NCBI GenBank assembly: GCA_051362555.1
Contig: CM120649.1
Span: forward strand, 6,696,001-6,760,000
Source: Lingula anatina
Lineage: Eukaryota; Animalia; Brachiopoda
Direction of reading: 5' to 3'
Length of the DNA stretch: 64,000 bases
In this document: positions 63,427-64,000 of the stretch, one piece after another
How the letters are laid out: the number at the start of each line of letters is the position of its first letter
Position numbering within the stretch: the first letter of the stretch is position 1
Made by a program: the position numbers and the translations under genes
The notes under the pieces: generated by a model
Database searches by the model: none
What the model saw: only the letters and a program-made list of their open reading frames with translations
Told to the model about the DNA's origin: nothing

Positions 63427-63502
<76 letters not shown>

Positions 63503-63946
63503 GTGATTTTGTACTTCGTCAAAATGTTTAATTAGACGGACATTTGCACCACCATGACTATTGTAAGAGGCACATGTATTACCACAGTGTACTTCTACTG
63601 TACAGAACAGTACCAAAAATGAATATACAGTATATCGCTTTCACGAGACGAGTAAAAATGAAGTTCAAAATTAAACTGACTATACAAAGACAAAACATAG
63701 TTCTTTTATTCAAATTAGATAAAAAAAAATAATAAGAGGACATTCAACTTACAAGATAAACACTTAAATCGTCATTTCAAAGCAAACGAAGAAAACCGCA
63801 AAACTAAAGTTCTTACTTGAAGTTTAACTGAGAAGACAGCAATGCAACAGCATGCGATAAATTTGTTTTTGTTATTGACTGACGTCACATGCGCAATGCA
63901 AGTGCGTGGTGGACCTTAGACTTGAGTCTTGGAACTAACGTCGACC
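59896..63946. mobile_element. ~4-kb non-autonomous MULE-like DNA transposon
   Basis: ~62-bp perfect TIRs GGTCGACGTTAGTTCCAAGACTCAAG..; 9-bp flanks GTTCGTTTG / GTTTGTTTG (8/9 match). No intact transposase inside. Confidence 0.75.
63428..63498. repeat. (TA)n microsatellite; others at 20530 (TA), 11325/14657/55068 (AAT), 39553/60474 (TTTA), 47027 (CT), 31777 (polyT)
   Basis: Direct reading of the sequence. Confidence 0.95.
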
Positions 63947-64000
63947 GTTTGTTTGCAAATCTTCCCCAACGAAGTCGTATATCATGTGGTTTATACTCTG

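Overview
AT-rich animal (invertebrate-like) genomic DNA with spliceosomal introns. 1-18.3 kb is a very large, apparently intact autonomous Helentron (Helitron2) on the minus strand. It encodes one 2745-aa ORF (Zn finger, OTU cysteine protease, HUH Rep, PIF1 helicase, APE-type endonuclease), and its long 5' intron holds a mariner remnant, MITEs and an ~860-bp tandem array. Its 5' end lies head-to-head with a non-autonomous derivative (18.75-21.41 kb), and the first coding exon of a 3-exon CARD + coiled-coil gene (18306-23944, +) sits between them. Five coding exons of a CENP-I-like gene (30484-27447, -) run divergently from a tandem AADAC/NCEH1-like carboxylesterase locus (31.6-54.3 kb, +). That locus has two complete 6-exon copies, then an intact but headless exon 3-6 set, then an orphan, intact catalytic last exon. 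This arrangement suggests swappable catalytic cassettes joined by alternative splicing. The rest is nested DNA transposons, a decayed Gypsy element, a minisatellite and a ~4-kb MULE-like element. All calls come from reading and hand-translating the sequence; no database searches were run.
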